In this document: piece after piece, positions 38,063 through 48,282 of the stretch | Position numbering within the stretch: the first letter of the stretch is position 1 | Layout of the letters: each line of letters starts with the position of its first letter | Assembly (NCBI GenBank): GCA_026413945.1 | Contig: JAOAJX010000004.1 | Coordinates: 51,281 to 115,280, forward strand | Direction of reading: 5' to 3' | From: Candidatus Iainarchaeum sp. | GTDB lineage: Archaea; Iainarchaeota; Iainarchaeia; Iainarchaeales; DTGL01 | Length of the DNA: 64,000 nucleotides | Translations under genes and position numbers: made by a program | The notes under the pieces: model-generated | Seen by the model: the letters and a program-made list of their open reading frames with translations, nothing else | What the model was told of the DNA's origin: nothing | Database searches by the model: none

Positions 38063-38353
38063 TTGGGTCTTTTAGAGGAACTTAAATTAAGAGTAGAAAA
38101 ATATGAAAAACTCACAGCTGAGGCCATTGAAAAAATAAAGATTGTTGCAAAAAAAGGCACGAAAGAATATGATCTTGCTGAGAAATTCATTGAGGTTGCT
38201 AAGGCTTACTTTAGCGATGCAAAATATTACGCAAGCAAAGGCGACAATGTAACGGCCCTTGCAGCTTTTTCTTACGCTCATGCTTGGCTTGATGCCGGGA
38301 TTAAGGCAGGTTTTTTAAAGGGTGAAAACGAAAGATTATTTATGCAGCCGTGA
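38063..38353 (+). CDS. DUF357-family protein
   Basis: AKAYFSDAKYY, ALAAFSYAHAWLDAG; SD GGAGG then TTG; typical neighbour of dph5. Confidence 0.88.
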   Translation: MGLLEELKLRVEKYEKLTAEAIEKIKIVAKKGTKEYDLAEKFIEVAKAYFSDAKYYASKGDNVTALAAFSYAHAWLDAGIKAGFLKGENERLFMQP

Positions 38354-38357
38354 TGTT

Positions 38358-38822
38358 ATGGGCATATATGACTCAGAGAAAATGTTTTCATTTGGGATAG
38401 ATTCAAAAAAAGCAGCTTATATTGGGTTGGCTGCTTTGTCTGTTGTATTTGTTGTGCTTTTAGCGATATTCTTGTCTTCAGCGCTAAACCAGGCAATAGA
38501 AGCACGTTTTCAGGATAATCCTCTTTTGATTTCACAAAGAAAGTACACTCTGCTTGAAGTCAAGGTAACAAATGTTACTGACAGTGATGCAAGAGGTGTT
38601 GAAATTGTGGTTTCTGCGAGGGATAAAAGCGCTATAGCAGTCGGACACGGAACGGAAGATAGGAAGACAATAAGCACAATAGAGCGTGGGCAGTACAGAA
38701 TTTTAAATTTTCTTGTCACGCCTTTGGAGGGGATAAACGAGGGCAGCTACATCTTAGATATAAAAGCAAATATTAACAATAAAACCTTTACAAAAGAAGC
38801 AAAAATTACAGTGAAGCGTTGA
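38358..38822 (+). CDS. Hypothetical membrane-anchored Ig-like protein
   Basis: Single N-terminal TM followed by a beta-rich domain (V-x-V-x-N, EGSY). Confidence 0.65.
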   Translation: MGIYDSEKMFSFGIDSKKAAYIGLAALSVVFVVLLAIFLSSALNQAIEARFQDNPLLISQRKYTLLEVKVTNVTDSDARGVEIVVSARDKSAIAVGHGTEDRKTISTIERGQYRILNFLVTPLEGINEGSYILDIKANINNKTFTKEAKITVKR

Positions 38823-38864
38823 TACTTAACTCTTTGTGTTGCCCTCACTGCTAAAATAATTTGC

Positions 38865-39587
38865 TTAATGTAAAAGTTTAATGATTCTCTTTATCAGTGA
38901 ACGCATTATTCTTGGCAAACGAATTCTATCAACAGATTCAAACAAATTTTTTAGCATTAGTATGTAGTTGTTTCTGATTCGATCTTTCAAGCTATTTTTT
39001 TCTACTTTTTGGGCAATAGTGATAGTGTCAATAAAATCCACGTTTTTAAAATGTTTTGATCTGTAGACAAAATCCTCAACAACTTTTTTGGGACCTGGCC
39101 AGCAAGTAGTATCATGGAAAGCCATTATGCCACCTTCAATAACTTTAGGGAACCAAATATCAAGATCAAGCTTTACTAACTCATACTCATGAGCGCCATC
39201 GATGAAAATTAGCCCCACTTTTTCCTCAAAATCTTTTGCTGCATCTTCAGAAGTTTTAACAATTGGCACGACGATATCATCAACTTTTGCTTTTTCAATG
39301 TTCTTTTTAAATTCTTCAAATGTCCAGATCTTCTCACCTTGTTTTTGGTGCTCAGAAGATCCAGTGTGGGGATCAATTGCATAAACCTTGGCTTTCTTTC
39401 CTCTTTTGGAACCTTTGGCTAACCACACAGTAGATTTCCCTTTCCAAGAGCCAATCTCAACAATGACGCCTTGGCCTTTGCAATCCTTTGCTAAACTAAA
39501 AAGAAGTTCCCCCTCTCTTTCAGTAAGAAATCCTTCAATTTTTCTTGTAATTTTTTTCACTTTTTCAATGTCATCGTTTTTCATCAT
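38865..39587 (-). CDS. Class I SAM-dependent methyltransferase (Methyltransf_24-like)
   Basis: VEIGSWKGKS, IDP, FIDGAHEY, GGIMAFHD. Confidence 0.9.
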   Translation of the reverse strand: MMKNDDIEKVKKITRKIEGFLTEREGELLFSLAKDCKGQGVIVEIGSWKGKSTVWLAKGSKRGKKAKVYAIDPHTGSSEHQKQGEKIWTFEEFKKNIEKAKVDDIVVPIVKTSEDAAKDFEEKVGLIFIDGAHEYELVKLDLDIWFPKVIEGGIMAFHDTTCWPGPKKVVEDFVYRSKHFKNVDFIDTITIAQKVEKNSLKDRIRNNYILMLKNLFESVDRIRLPRIMRSLIKRIIKLLH

Positions 39588-39638
39588 TTATTTTTCCAAA
39601 GTTTATGTTTATAAATTGTACTTATTGTTCTTTTAATT

Positions 39639-40130
39639 GTGAATCATTCAATAAAGGTTGGCTTCAGCTTTGGGCTTACATCCGCAGTAATAACTACGCT
39701 AGGCCTAATGATGGGGCTCTATGCAAGCACAGAATCAAAGGCAGTTGTTATAAGTGGCGTTTTACTCATAGCAACTGCTGACGCATTATCAGATTCTTTA
39801 GGAATACATCTTTCGGAAGAGGCGGAGAGTAAGCATACTAAAAAAGAAGTATGGCAGTCAACATTTTCTACATTTATTTTCAAATTCCTCTTTGCATGTG
39901 TGTTTGTCCTGCCGTTATTAATATTTGATCTATACCTTGCTGTTATTGTAAACATAATTCTTGGCTTCTTTATGCTCGGAATATTCAGCTATGCGATTGC
40001 TTCAGAGCAGAATATTAAGCGCATATTAGTTGTCATTGAGCACTTTGCAGTTGCAATCTTGGTGCTAATACTTACATACCTTATAGGCCACTTTATTAAC
40101 TGCTGGGTTGAGAGCAAACCAAACATTTAA
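39639..40130 (+). CDS. VIT1/CCC1-like membrane protein
   Basis: FGLTSAVITTLG, ADALSDSLGIHLSEE. Confidence 0.75.
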   Translation: MNHSIKVGFSFGLTSAVITTLGLMMGLYASTESKAVVISGVLLIATADALSDSLGIHLSEEAESKHTKKEVWQSTFSTFIFKFLFACVFVLPLLIFDLYLAVIVNIILGFFMLGIFSYAIASEQNIKRILVVIEHFAVAILVLILTYLIGHFINCWVESKPNI

Positions 40131-40155
40131 ATTTATTACTGCTGATTTTAAGTTT

Positions 40156-40710
40156 ATGGTTCTGAAAGAAGTCAGGATTCATGGTCGTGGTGGCCAAGGT
40201 GCAGTGACAAGCAGCCAAGTGCTTGCAGTGGCTGCATTCTATGACGGGAAATATTGCCAAGCATTCCCAAGCTTTGGTGTTGAAAGGCGTGGCGCGCCTG
40301 TTGAAGCATTCACAAGAATATCTGACAAGCCAATATTGGCAAGAAATCATGTTTATGCTCCTGATTTTGTTTTGGTTTTGGACCCAACATTGGCTGATTG
40401 TGTAGACGTTGGCAAAGGCCTGAAAAAAGACGGTATTGTCATAATAAACACTAACAAAAGCGCTAAGGATTTCGAAGGCAAGATTGGTGGAAAGGTTGTG
40501 ACTGTTGATATGACAAAGGTTGCAATGGATATAATAGGAAAACCTTTTGTAAACATAATTGCTCTAGGCGCTTTTGCAGCAATTACCAAAGAAATAAAGC
40601 TCGAAAGCGTCTTTAAGGCAATAGACCAAGAATTTTCACACAAAAAGGAAGTTGGGGAGCTAAATAAGAAGGCAGCAGAAGAACTCTACAAAAAGGTCAA
40701 GGGTGTCTAA
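40156..40710 (+). CDS. porC: Pyruvate/2-oxoacid:ferredoxin oxidoreductase gamma subunit
   Basis: HGRGGQGAVT, FGVERRGAPV. Confidence 0.95.
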   Translation: MVLKEVRIHGRGGQGAVTSSQVLAVAAFYDGKYCQAFPSFGVERRGAPVEAFTRISDKPILARNHVYAPDFVLVLDPTLADCVDVGKGLKKDGIVIINTNKSAKDFEGKIGGKVVTVDMTKVAMDIIGKPFVNIIALGAFAAITKEIKLESVFKAIDQEFSHKKEVGELNKKAAEELYKKVKGV

Positions 40711-41004
40711 ATGGCAAAAAGTACTTGTGGTAAGGATAAGATGGAATTTACTATTGGTGCAGTTATAAAAGATCCTGGCTCCACAATAAAAAACAAGACA
40801 GGTGGCTGGAGATCCTTTAGGCCAATAATTGATCAGACAAAGTGTGTAAAATGCGGAAATTGTTGGGTTTTCTGCCCAGACAATTCGATTAAGAAAAACG
40901 AAGATGGAACATTCAGCATAGATTATGATTATTGCAAGGGCTGTGGCATCTGCGCAAATGAGTGTCCGCTCAAGGCAATAAGGATGGAAACCGAAAGCAA
41001 GTAG
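40711..41004 (+). CDS. porD: Pyruvate/2-oxoacid:ferredoxin oxidoreductase delta subunit (start may be 40741)
   Basis: KTGGWR, CVKCGNC..FCPD, YCKGCGICANECP. Confidence 0.95.
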   Translation: MAKSTCGKDKMEFTIGAVIKDPGSTIKNKTGGWRSFRPIIDQTKCVKCGNCWVFCPDNSIKKNEDGTFSIDYDYCKGCGICANECPLKAIRMETESK

Positions 41005-41022
41005 TTTTTCGAAGGTGTTTAT

Positions 41023-42165
41023 ATGACAGAAATGGTTGTTGAAGCGAGCAAAGCTATTGCGCTTGCAGCAAAGCTTTGCAGGCCAAAGGTTATTCCGATG
41101 TATCCCATCACCCCACAAACGCACATTGTTGAAAACCTTGCAGAGATAATAAATAACGGCGAACTTGATGCTGAAATCATACATGCGGAATCAGAGCATA
41201 GCGCTTGTTCTGCACTTCTTGGGGCACAAGCATCCGGCATTAGAACATTTAGTGCAACTGCATCTCAAGGATTAGCTCTTATGTTTGAGGTTTTGCCGAT
41301 AGTTGCTGGAAATAGAATGCCTTGTGTGATGGCTGTTGCAAATAGAGCTTTAAGTGCGCCAATAAATATATGGAATGACCATAGCGATGCAGTATCTGTA
41401 AGAGATCAGGGATGGATTCAAATTTATGTTGAATCAACTCAGGAAGCGATAGATACATTAATACAGCTTTACAGGGTTTGTGAAAGCAAGGAGGTTATGC
41501 TGCCAGGCATGCTTTGCATAGATGGCTTTACTCTTAGTCACGTATATGAACGCGCTTTTGTACCTGACCAAAGCGAAGTAGATGAATTCTTGCCTGAATA
41601 CAAACCTTTGAATATTCTTGATCCCGCAAACCCAATAACGATGGGGCCAATAGCTTTTCCCAATTCATATATGGAATTCAAAAAGATGCAGCACGAGGCA
41701 ATGCTGTTAGCTAAAAAAGAGATAGAAAAAGCAAACCAAGAGTTTGGAAAGAAGTTTGGTAGAAAATATGGGAATGGACTTATAGAAACATATAGAATGG
41801 AAGATGCAAAATATGCGATAATTGGCATGGGAACATTAATTGGCACAGCACGCACTGTTGTCGATAAGCTACGTGAAAAGAAGAAAAAGGTTGGACTCAT
41901 AAAGCTAAGATCATTAAGGCCTTTCCCAGATGAAAAGCTCAGAAAAGCAATAGAAGGCCTTAAAGGACTAGCAGTCATAGATAGGCACATTTCTGTTGGT
42001 TACGAAGGCCCCTTGTATACTGACTTGCGCTCAGCTTTTTACGGTTCTAAGCTCACGTTAAGCAACTATATTGCTGGTCTTGGTGGCAGAGACATAACAG
42101 CAGCACATATTGAAAAGGTTTTTATAGACCTTATGAATGGAAAAAGTGGAGGCTGGCTATTATGA
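41023..42165 (+). CDS. porA: Pyruvate/2-oxoacid:ferredoxin oxidoreductase alpha subunit
   Basis: YPITPQT, ESEHSA, ATASQGL, NRALSAPINIWNDHSD. Confidence 0.95.
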   Translation: MTEMVVEASKAIALAAKLCRPKVIPMYPITPQTHIVENLAEIINNGELDAEIIHAESEHSACSALLGAQASGIRTFSATASQGLALMFEVLPIVAGNRMPCVMAVANRALSAPINIWNDHSDAVSVRDQGWIQIYVESTQEAIDTLIQLYRVCESKEVMLPGMLCIDGFTLSHVYERAFVPDQSEVDEFLPEYKPLNILDPANPITMGPIAFPNSYMEFKKMQHEAMLLAKKEIEKANQEFGKKFGRKYGNGLIETYRMEDAKYAIIGMGTLIGTARTVVDKLREKKKKVGLIKLRSLRPFPDEKLRKAIEGLKGLAVIDRHISVGYEGPLYTDLRSAFYGSKLTLSNYIAGLGGRDITAAHIEKVFIDLMNGKSGGWLL

Positions 42166-43058
42166 TTAGAGGTCTTCCAGAAGAAGAATATTTTGCTTCT
42201 GGGCATAGAGCTTGTGCTGGCTGTGGTGGTGCAATTGCAATAAGACATGTAACTAAAGCAGCCGGTCCAAACACAATAATAGTTCAAGCAACCGGATGCA
42301 TGGAGGTTGTAAGCACACCTTACCCAGAAACCGCTTGGAAATTGCCATATATCCACAGCGCCTTTGACAATAATGCAGCTGTTGCTTCCGGCATAGAAGC
42401 AGCTCTTAAAAAAGCTGGGAAGAAAGTCAACATAATTGTTTTTGGTGGAGACGGTGCCACCTTTGATATAGGCTTTGGTGCATTAAGCGGTGCCTTGGAA
42501 AGAGGCCACAATTTTCTTTATGTTTGCAACGACAACGATGCTTATATGAACACGGGAATACAAAGAAGTGGTGCAACACCAAAGTATGCGCATACAACAA
42601 CAAGTCCTGCTGGCAAAGTAATTCCTGGAAAAATTCAGTTCAAAAAACCCTTGCCATTTATAATAGCTTCACATCGTTCGCCGTATGTAGCAACAGCAAG
42701 CATTCATGATATAAACGACCTTTATGCAAAAGTTAGAAGGGGGCTCTCGATTGGGGGGCCTTGCTATTTGCAGGTTTATAGTCCTTGCGTACCTGGGTGG
42801 GGGTATGATACTGCAAAGACGGTGGAAATTGCAAAGCTTGCAGTTGAAACAAAATATTACCCTCTGTATGAGATTGAAAATGGCATACTCCGGATAACAC
42901 ATAAGCCAAGTGAGAATAAGTCTATTGAGTCGTACTTAAAAATGCAGGCAAGGTTTAAGCACCTTAGCCCAGAACAGATAAGAGAAGTCCAGGCAGCAGT
43001 TGATAACGAGTGGGCTCGGCTGCTTGAAATGGAAGAAAAGAAGTGCAAACTTTACTAA
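42162..43058 (+). CDS. porB: Pyruvate/2-oxoacid:ferredoxin oxidoreductase beta subunit
   Basis: GHRACAGCG, TGC, GGDG...DNDAYMNTG TPP motif, PCVPGW. Confidence 0.95.
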   Translation: MIRGLPEEEYFASGHRACAGCGGAIAIRHVTKAAGPNTIIVQATGCMEVVSTPYPETAWKLPYIHSAFDNNAAVASGIEAALKKAGKKVNIIVFGGDGATFDIGFGALSGALERGHNFLYVCNDNDAYMNTGIQRSGATPKYAHTTTSPAGKVIPGKIQFKKPLPFIIASHRSPYVATASIHDINDLYAKVRRGLSIGGPCYLQVYSPCVPGWGYDTAKTVEIAKLAVETKYYPLYEIENGILRITHKPSENKSIESYLKMQARFKHLSPEQIREVQAAVDNEWARLLEMEEKKCKLY

Positions 43059-43630
43059 TCGTGAGCCTTAATTAAAAAATCGTGTTTCAGGATTGCAAAA
43101 TGCCACTCATTTTGGAACTTTCCACATTTAAATTTTGATTCCCTTGAAAGGCCTTCGTAACTGAAACCGCACTTCTCAAGAACTCTCCTAGAAGCAATGT
43201 TGCCCTCAAATACATTTGCCTGAATTCGATGTAGCTTAAGATGCTTAAAGCCAAAGTTAAGCATTAACATTACAGCCTCACTCATAATTCCTTTCCCTCT
43301 ATATCTTTTTCCCAGCCAGTAGCCAAGCTCTGCACTCTTATGCTCTCGATCTAACTTAAAGAGATCTACAACACCTATTGCCTTGTCAGATTTTTTATCT
43401 GCTATTACAAAAGCAAACCTTTTGCCTTTGCGAAGGTAATACTTTGCCCTTCTCACAAATCTCTCTGCTTCTTCTTTTGGGTAAGGCTTGGGTATTGTTA
43501 TTGTCCTGCGGTAAAGTTCTAGATCGCCAACGTTTTCATAAATTCTTGCTGCATCGCTTTTCTTAGGAGCCCTTATTCTTATTCTTTTACCATCAAAACA
43601 AAGCTTGCTCTTGTGAGGCATAGAGAACAT
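43055..43630 (-). CDS. GNAT N-acetyltransferase (RimJ/RimL family)
   Basis: ELGYWLG..YRGKG, N.ASRRVLEKCGF.YEG. Confidence 0.92.
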   Translation of the reverse strand: MFSMPHKSKLCFDGKRIRIRAPKKSDAARIYENVGDLELYRRTITIPKPYPKEEAERFVRRAKYYLRKGKRFAFVIADKKSDKAIGVVDLFKLDREHKSAELGYWLGKRYRGKGIMSEAVMLMLNFGFKHLKLHRIQANVFEGNIASRRVLEKCGFSYEGLSRESKFKCGKFQNEWHFAILKHDFLIKAHD

Positions 43631-43683
43631 AAAACCAAAAAAACTTTTAATTGTTCTGAGGACATATTTTTATGTGGTTTTAA

Positions 43684-44190
43684 TTGGTGGGAAAAAGGCA
43701 TCAATATAGAAAGGCAAGACAGCCAAATTTTGGAAGAGTAAAAAAATGGCTCGAAGAGACCGGCATTAACAAAGAAATTGAGAGGTATGCTAGGAAGGTT
43801 GCTAAAAGGCCGAAATTGAATATTAGTGAAATGAAAAATCCCATAGAAGAAGTGATGAGAATAATTACAACCCATGGAGTAAGATGGCCAATAGAAAGAG
43901 AGCTTTCAGCAAAAGGAAGGGCTGGTCAATACTTCTACGAAGCCTCATTAGTAAGGGAGGATCGCTATAAAATAAGAACCCTGATTAGATCTGCGCTTGA
44001 TGAGTTGCCAAGGAAAGAGTGGAGGCCATTTCTGAGTGCGCTTTTAGAACATGCGAAAAAACAGAGGGAAGCAGAAACAGAAAATTACAAGAAATCAGAA
44101 AACAAAAGAGACATGCTTTTGCATGCGCGGAAATCCAACATAGCTTTAGGCATAGAAATGGTTTGCATAAGGATGTTGAAATTGATTTAA
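43684..44190 (+). CDS. Hypothetical basic alpha-helical protein
   Basis: 168-aa ORF filling the gap between two minus-strand genes; no recognised motif. Confidence 0.6.
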   Translation: MVGKRHQYRKARQPNFGRVKKWLEETGINKEIERYARKVAKRPKLNISEMKNPIEEVMRIITTHGVRWPIERELSAKGRAGQYFYEASLVREDRYKIRTLIRSALDELPRKEWRPFLSALLEHAKKQREAETENYKKSENKRDMLLHARKSNIALGIEMVCIRMLKLI

Positions 44191-44205
44191 CCGCACTTTA
44201 ATGGC

Positions 44206-44772
44206 TCAACTTTTATCTAGTTGAATTCTGCTTATCGCTGGCCCTACATTCTTGCAGTATTTTGAGCTTTTCCTTTTGTTGTAAGGTGTTTCACATTCGC
44301 TTGTGAGAGTCTCAAATGTCAGCCGGCATATCTTCATGCCAGGCCATAGCTGGACTGGAACTCTTGCTATATTCGTCATCTCAAGAGTGATGTTGCCTTC
44401 AAAACCTGGGTCTATGCTGCCAGCTGTTGAATGCACAATTATACCTAAGCGCCCTAGCGAAGATCTCCCATCAAGGCGTGCCATAAGATCATCTGGCAGT
44501 CTCACATATTCTTTGGTAACGGCGAGCGCAAATTCATTTGGGTGTATTATGAATGGTTTTCCTTTTGGGATTCTTATTAATTCAGTTAATTTCTCACTTA
44601 TGCCTTTGTTAGTGTCTATATGAGTTACCTCACTATGCCTGAAAACCCTGAAAAGGTTTCCAAGAGTTAGGTCTACGCTTGCAGGCCCTATATTATCAGC
44701 CGAAAGACCTTTAATGATGATATGTTTTTCGCGAATTGCCTTTTTTATATCAATATCACTGAGCACAGTCAT
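44206..44772 (-). CDS. dcd: dCTP deaminase
   Basis: PASVDLTL, GRSSLGRLG, TAGSIDPGFEGNITLE. Confidence 0.95.
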   Translation of the reverse strand: MTVLSDIDIKKAIREKHIIIKGLSADNIGPASVDLTLGNLFRVFRHSEVTHIDTNKGISEKLTELIRIPKGKPFIIHPNEFALAVTKEYVRLPDDLMARLDGRSSLGRLGIIVHSTAGSIDPGFEGNITLEMTNIARVPVQLWPGMKICRLTFETLTSECETPYNKRKSSKYCKNVGPAISRIQLDKS

Positions 44773-44819
44773 AAAAACACCCAAAAACACTCCTAAATAT
44801 CTTGGAAAAAATTATTAAA

Positions 44820-45869
44820 TCAATGTTTTCCCGACCTCAAAAAAGAAATTACTTTTTCCTTAAATTCTAATAATTTTTCCCTTGGTATTTTTCCAGCGGC
44901 GGCAGGAATATGGCCGCCAGCGGTAGCACCCTTTATTCCAACTATTGCATTTTCGAGAAGAGAGTTCATTGGAACTTTAAAATCTTGACGTCTAGCAGAA
45001 AACCTTATTTCATAACCGCCGAGGTCTTCTGCAATTATTATAGTTTTATCTGGAATTTCTTTTGTAAGTGAATCAATTAGCATTGATTTTATTCTATACT
45101 TTGGCTTTATCGTAAAAAAATAAAGCCCTTCTTTTTCGTGAAACTCAGCGTTTTTGTAAAATTCCTTTTTCCATAAGGCAAGTTCTTCCAAAGCTTTTTG
45201 GCGCAAAGAGTCAAAGTCACTTTTGATAATTGCCTTGGGATTCGCAAACATAAAAAGCTCGAGAAGCTCAGGGAACCTATTTGGAGAGACAACTTGTACT
45301 GATGTTATTATATCTGCGATTTGCTCAAGATCGTTAACTGAAACAGAAGCACTCTTAGCAGAGGTTTCTACAAAAGAAGCCCATTTTTTGTATGCAAAGT
45401 CACCAATTATGCCAACACTTGCCACCCATGAAAATCCTTCAAGGTTAACTAGAGTAGAACAAAGGTCAAAGCAAAGCTTGCTTGCTGGGTAACTGCTTGG
45501 CTCAATAGCACTTATTGTTTGTGGCTTAATTATGATTACTTTTTCAGATTTAAAATCATTATATGCTTTGTGATGATCTATTATTAAGACATTGGCCTTA
45601 GTTGAAAGCCATTCTAAAAATGTTTTCGCTGAATCTGCAGCAATATCAAGAATAACTGCGTTTTCTAGCCTTTTTTTTTGAAAAAATTCTGGCAATGCAT
45701 CAGGGCTCTCAACTGCTGCCGCAAAACGTACGGTTTTACAGAGCTTTTCAACAGCTTTGGAGAAAATAACAGCAGAACAAAGGCCGTCAGCATCGCCGTG
45801 ATAAAACAGATTAAAGCTTGAAAACGAATCTAAGAAGTTTTTGAACCTCTTTATTTGTTTATCGGGCAT
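44820..45869 (-). CDS. RecJ-like DHH/DHHA1 phosphoesterase/exonuclease
   Basis: HGDADG, IDHH, GIIGD, SARR, GGHIPAAAG. Confidence 0.88.
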   Translation of the reverse strand: MPDKQIKRFKNFLDSFSSFNLFYHGDADGLCSAVIFSKAVEKLCKTVRFAAAVESPDALPEFFQKKRLENAVILDIAADSAKTFLEWLSTKANVLIIDHHKAYNDFKSEKVIIIKPQTISAIEPSSYPASKLCFDLCSTLVNLEGFSWVASVGIIGDFAYKKWASFVETSAKSASVSVNDLEQIADIITSVQVVSPNRFPELLELFMFANPKAIIKSDFDSLRQKALEELALWKKEFYKNAEFHEKEGLYFFTIKPKYRIKSMLIDSLTKEIPDKTIIIAEDLGGYEIRFSARRQDFKVPMNSLLENAIVGIKGATAGGHIPAAAGKIPREKLLEFKEKVISFLRSGKH

Positions 45870-45981
45870 AAAAAACCACAGAATTGCAAAATCTTTCTTA
45901 AATTTTGGCCTTACATTTTTTGTTTACATTTAAATTTAAAATAAGTAAACAATAAATTTAGATATTATTGGGGGGCTGGCA

Positions 45982-47406
45982 TTGCCTGAGATTAGCATCA
46001 ATGACTTATTCAGCATACTAAAAATAATAGCTAGCTTTCTCAGGTTTCTTGGCATTGCCACAATAGTTCCGGCAGCTGTAGCACTTGTATATGGTGAAAT
46101 TCTATATGCAGAAATTTTCATCTATATGTCTATAGTTCTGATTGGTGCCTTTTCAGTAGTACACTTTCTGCTAAGTGGAAAAGAAGTCAGAACCAAGCAC
46201 GCAATAATTGCAATTGCTATTGGCTGGTTCATTGTCGGCTTGGTAAGTGCCATACCATTTACCTTCTGGGAAATGAGATTTGTTGATGCATATTTTGAAA
46301 GCATATCCGGGTGGAGTACAACAGGTCTTACAATGATAGAGTATCCTGAAAAGCTGCCTTATGCCCTTAACTTTTGGCGCGGTTATATCCAGTGGCTCGG
46401 CGGCTTTGGCATAGTTGTAATGGCGCTAATTCTTTATGAGAGGCCAAAGACAGCGCATGAACTCTTCAAAGCGGAGGGAAGAACTGAAAACTTTTACTTA
46501 AATGTGTCAAAAATAGCTAGATTAATAGTTGGTATATATTCGCTTTATACATTGCTTGGCATATTTCTTTTCATGATTTCTGGTATGAGCTTATTTGATG
46601 CGACTGTTCACTCTTTTACAACTATAGCAACAGGCGGCTTCTCAACTAGAAGCCAAGGTATTGGCTACTATGGCTTCTGGGCAATGGTTTCTACGATATT
46701 GATAATGATTGCAGGTGGCATAAGCTTTGTATCTCATCGGGAACTTCTAAAAGGAAACATTATGGGCTTTTTAGCCAATCCTGAGATAAGGTTGCTTCTC
46801 GGTATTTTGTTTGTGTCTACAACAATTATATTCTTAGCGTCTATATCCACAGGGATATTTTTTGAACATTTCTTTTATTCTGTTTCAGCGCTTACCGGTA
46901 CAGGCGCTACAGCGCAGAAAAGCGTAAATGAGCTTCAAACATTTGCCGTATTCATAATAATTTTGTTAATGATTTCTGGTGCATGTTACGGCTCTACAGC
47001 AGGAGCAATAAAGCTTTGGCGCATATTAATTGTCTTTAAGGTAATAAGGCGTGAAATTTACAAAGGACTATTGCCACAGAATGCAATTCTGCCTTTAAGA
47101 GTTGGCGACAAAACACTTTCGGAGGAAAATGCCCTAAATGCCTTGGCGTATATTGCATTATATGTTGCACTTTTTATGGCAGGTAGCATAATATTTATGC
47201 TTTCTGGATATTCTATAAGGGATTCGATTTTTGTCGTTGCTTCTGCACAAGGCAATGTTGGCTTAAATGTAATTTCTGGGCCTTCATGGTATGATATGGG
47301 CTTTGCTTTAAAAATATTGCTCAGTTTCCATATGATATTAGGAAGGATGGAAATAATACCGTTTCTTATATTGATGAGGAGTTTCTTCTCTATAAAAAGA
47401 GTATAA
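45982..47406 (+). CDS. trkH: Trk potassium uptake membrane subunit
   Basis: FESISGWSTTGLT, QWLGGFG, TIATGGFS, GSTAGAIK, GNVG, GRME. Confidence 0.95.
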   Translation: MPEISINDLFSILKIIASFLRFLGIATIVPAAVALVYGEILYAEIFIYMSIVLIGAFSVVHFLLSGKEVRTKHAIIAIAIGWFIVGLVSAIPFTFWEMRFVDAYFESISGWSTTGLTMIEYPEKLPYALNFWRGYIQWLGGFGIVVMALILYERPKTAHELFKAEGRTENFYLNVSKIARLIVGIYSLYTLLGIFLFMISGMSLFDATVHSFTTIATGGFSTRSQGIGYYGFWAMVSTILIMIAGGISFVSHRELLKGNIMGFLANPEIRLLLGILFVSTTIIFLASISTGIFFEHFFYSVSALTGTGATAQKSVNELQTFAVFIIILLMISGACYGSTAGAIKLWRILIVFKVIRREIYKGLLPQNAILPLRVGDKTLSEENALNALAYIALYVALFMAGSIIFMLSGYSIRDSIFVVASAQGNVGLNVISGPSWYDMGFALKILLSFHMILGRMEIIPFLILMRSFFSIKRV

Positions 47407-48066
47407 GTGGTAACAGTGTTGAAAATAATAATTGCTGGAGATACAACATTTGCGCTTGAATTGGCCAAGCTTTCAATAAAGAAGGGTGACAGCAAAGTGC
47501 TTTTGATAATAAGAGACAGAGAGAAAGCAATAAGCATCGGCTCCGAGATAAACGCTATAATTGTAAATGGCGATGCCACTGATACTGCAACTCTTGATGA
47601 ATTAGATCTTCAGAATTGTGATTACTTTGTTGCTGCTACAGAAAGTGAGAAAGCTAATGTGCTTTCTGCCCTATATGCAAAAAACGCGGGTGCAAAGAAT
47701 ATATTTATAAGGGTAGAGCAACCTGAAGCAGAGCCTTTGTTAAGAAAGCTAGGATTTATGCCAATAAACCCGGATGTATTTGCTGCAAGATACGCTGAAT
47801 TGATGACAACAAGGCCTGCTGTTGCAGATCTTGTGACGCCGGGTGTTGGTGAATTTGATATAATAGAGCTACCAGTAAAGGATACGAAAATTGCTGGCCA
47901 AAAGCTTGGTAAGACACATGGTGAGCACTTTGCAGCTATTGCAACTTACTATAATGGTGTTTACAATTTTTCAAAGGAGAAAAAGATCGAGCCACACGAG
48001 AAAATAATTCTTCTAGTGTCTGCAGGTAAAGAAAAGGAAGTTACAAAAGAGTTAAATAAAGGTTAG
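47407..48066 (+). CDS. trkA: Trk system RCK regulatory subunit
   Basis: GDATD...L..L, VAAT...N, INP; follows trkH; glycine-rich loop degenerate. Confidence 0.85.
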   Translation: MVTVLKIIIAGDTTFALELAKLSIKKGDSKVLLIIRDREKAISIGSEINAIIVNGDATDTATLDELDLQNCDYFVAATESEKANVLSALYAKNAGAKNIFIRVEQPEAEPLLRKLGFMPINPDVFAARYAELMTTRPAVADLVTPGVGEFDIIELPVKDTKIAGQKLGKTHGEHFAAIATYYNGVYNFSKEKKIEPHEKIILLVSAGKEKEVTKELNKG

Positions 48067-48107
48067 TACATTAATTTTTATCAAACTCACTTGCCAGAGG
48101 TGTGTTT

Positions 48108-48272
48108 ATGGTTTGCTCGTATAAGAATTCAAAGGGGGTTACATATTACCTCCATCAAAAAGGAAAATTATACTTCTTTAGCAGGAAGCCCGAAGGCGCG
48201 ATTAACTTGCCAGAAGGCTATGAGATTGTTGAAAATGTTGGCACTGGTTTGCCAATGATAAAGAAAAAATAG
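48108..48272 (+). CDS. Small 54-aa hypothetical protein, not in ORF track
   Basis: SD GAGGTG; MVCSYKNSKGVTYYLHQKGKLYFFSRKPEGAINLPEGYEIVENVGTGLPMIKKK; fills the gap and stops 10 nt before the next gene. Confidence 0.8.
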   Translation: MVCSYKNSKGVTYYLHQKGKLYFFSRKPEGAINLPEGYEIVENVGTGLPMIKKK

Positions 48273-48282
48273 CTGATTTTTT

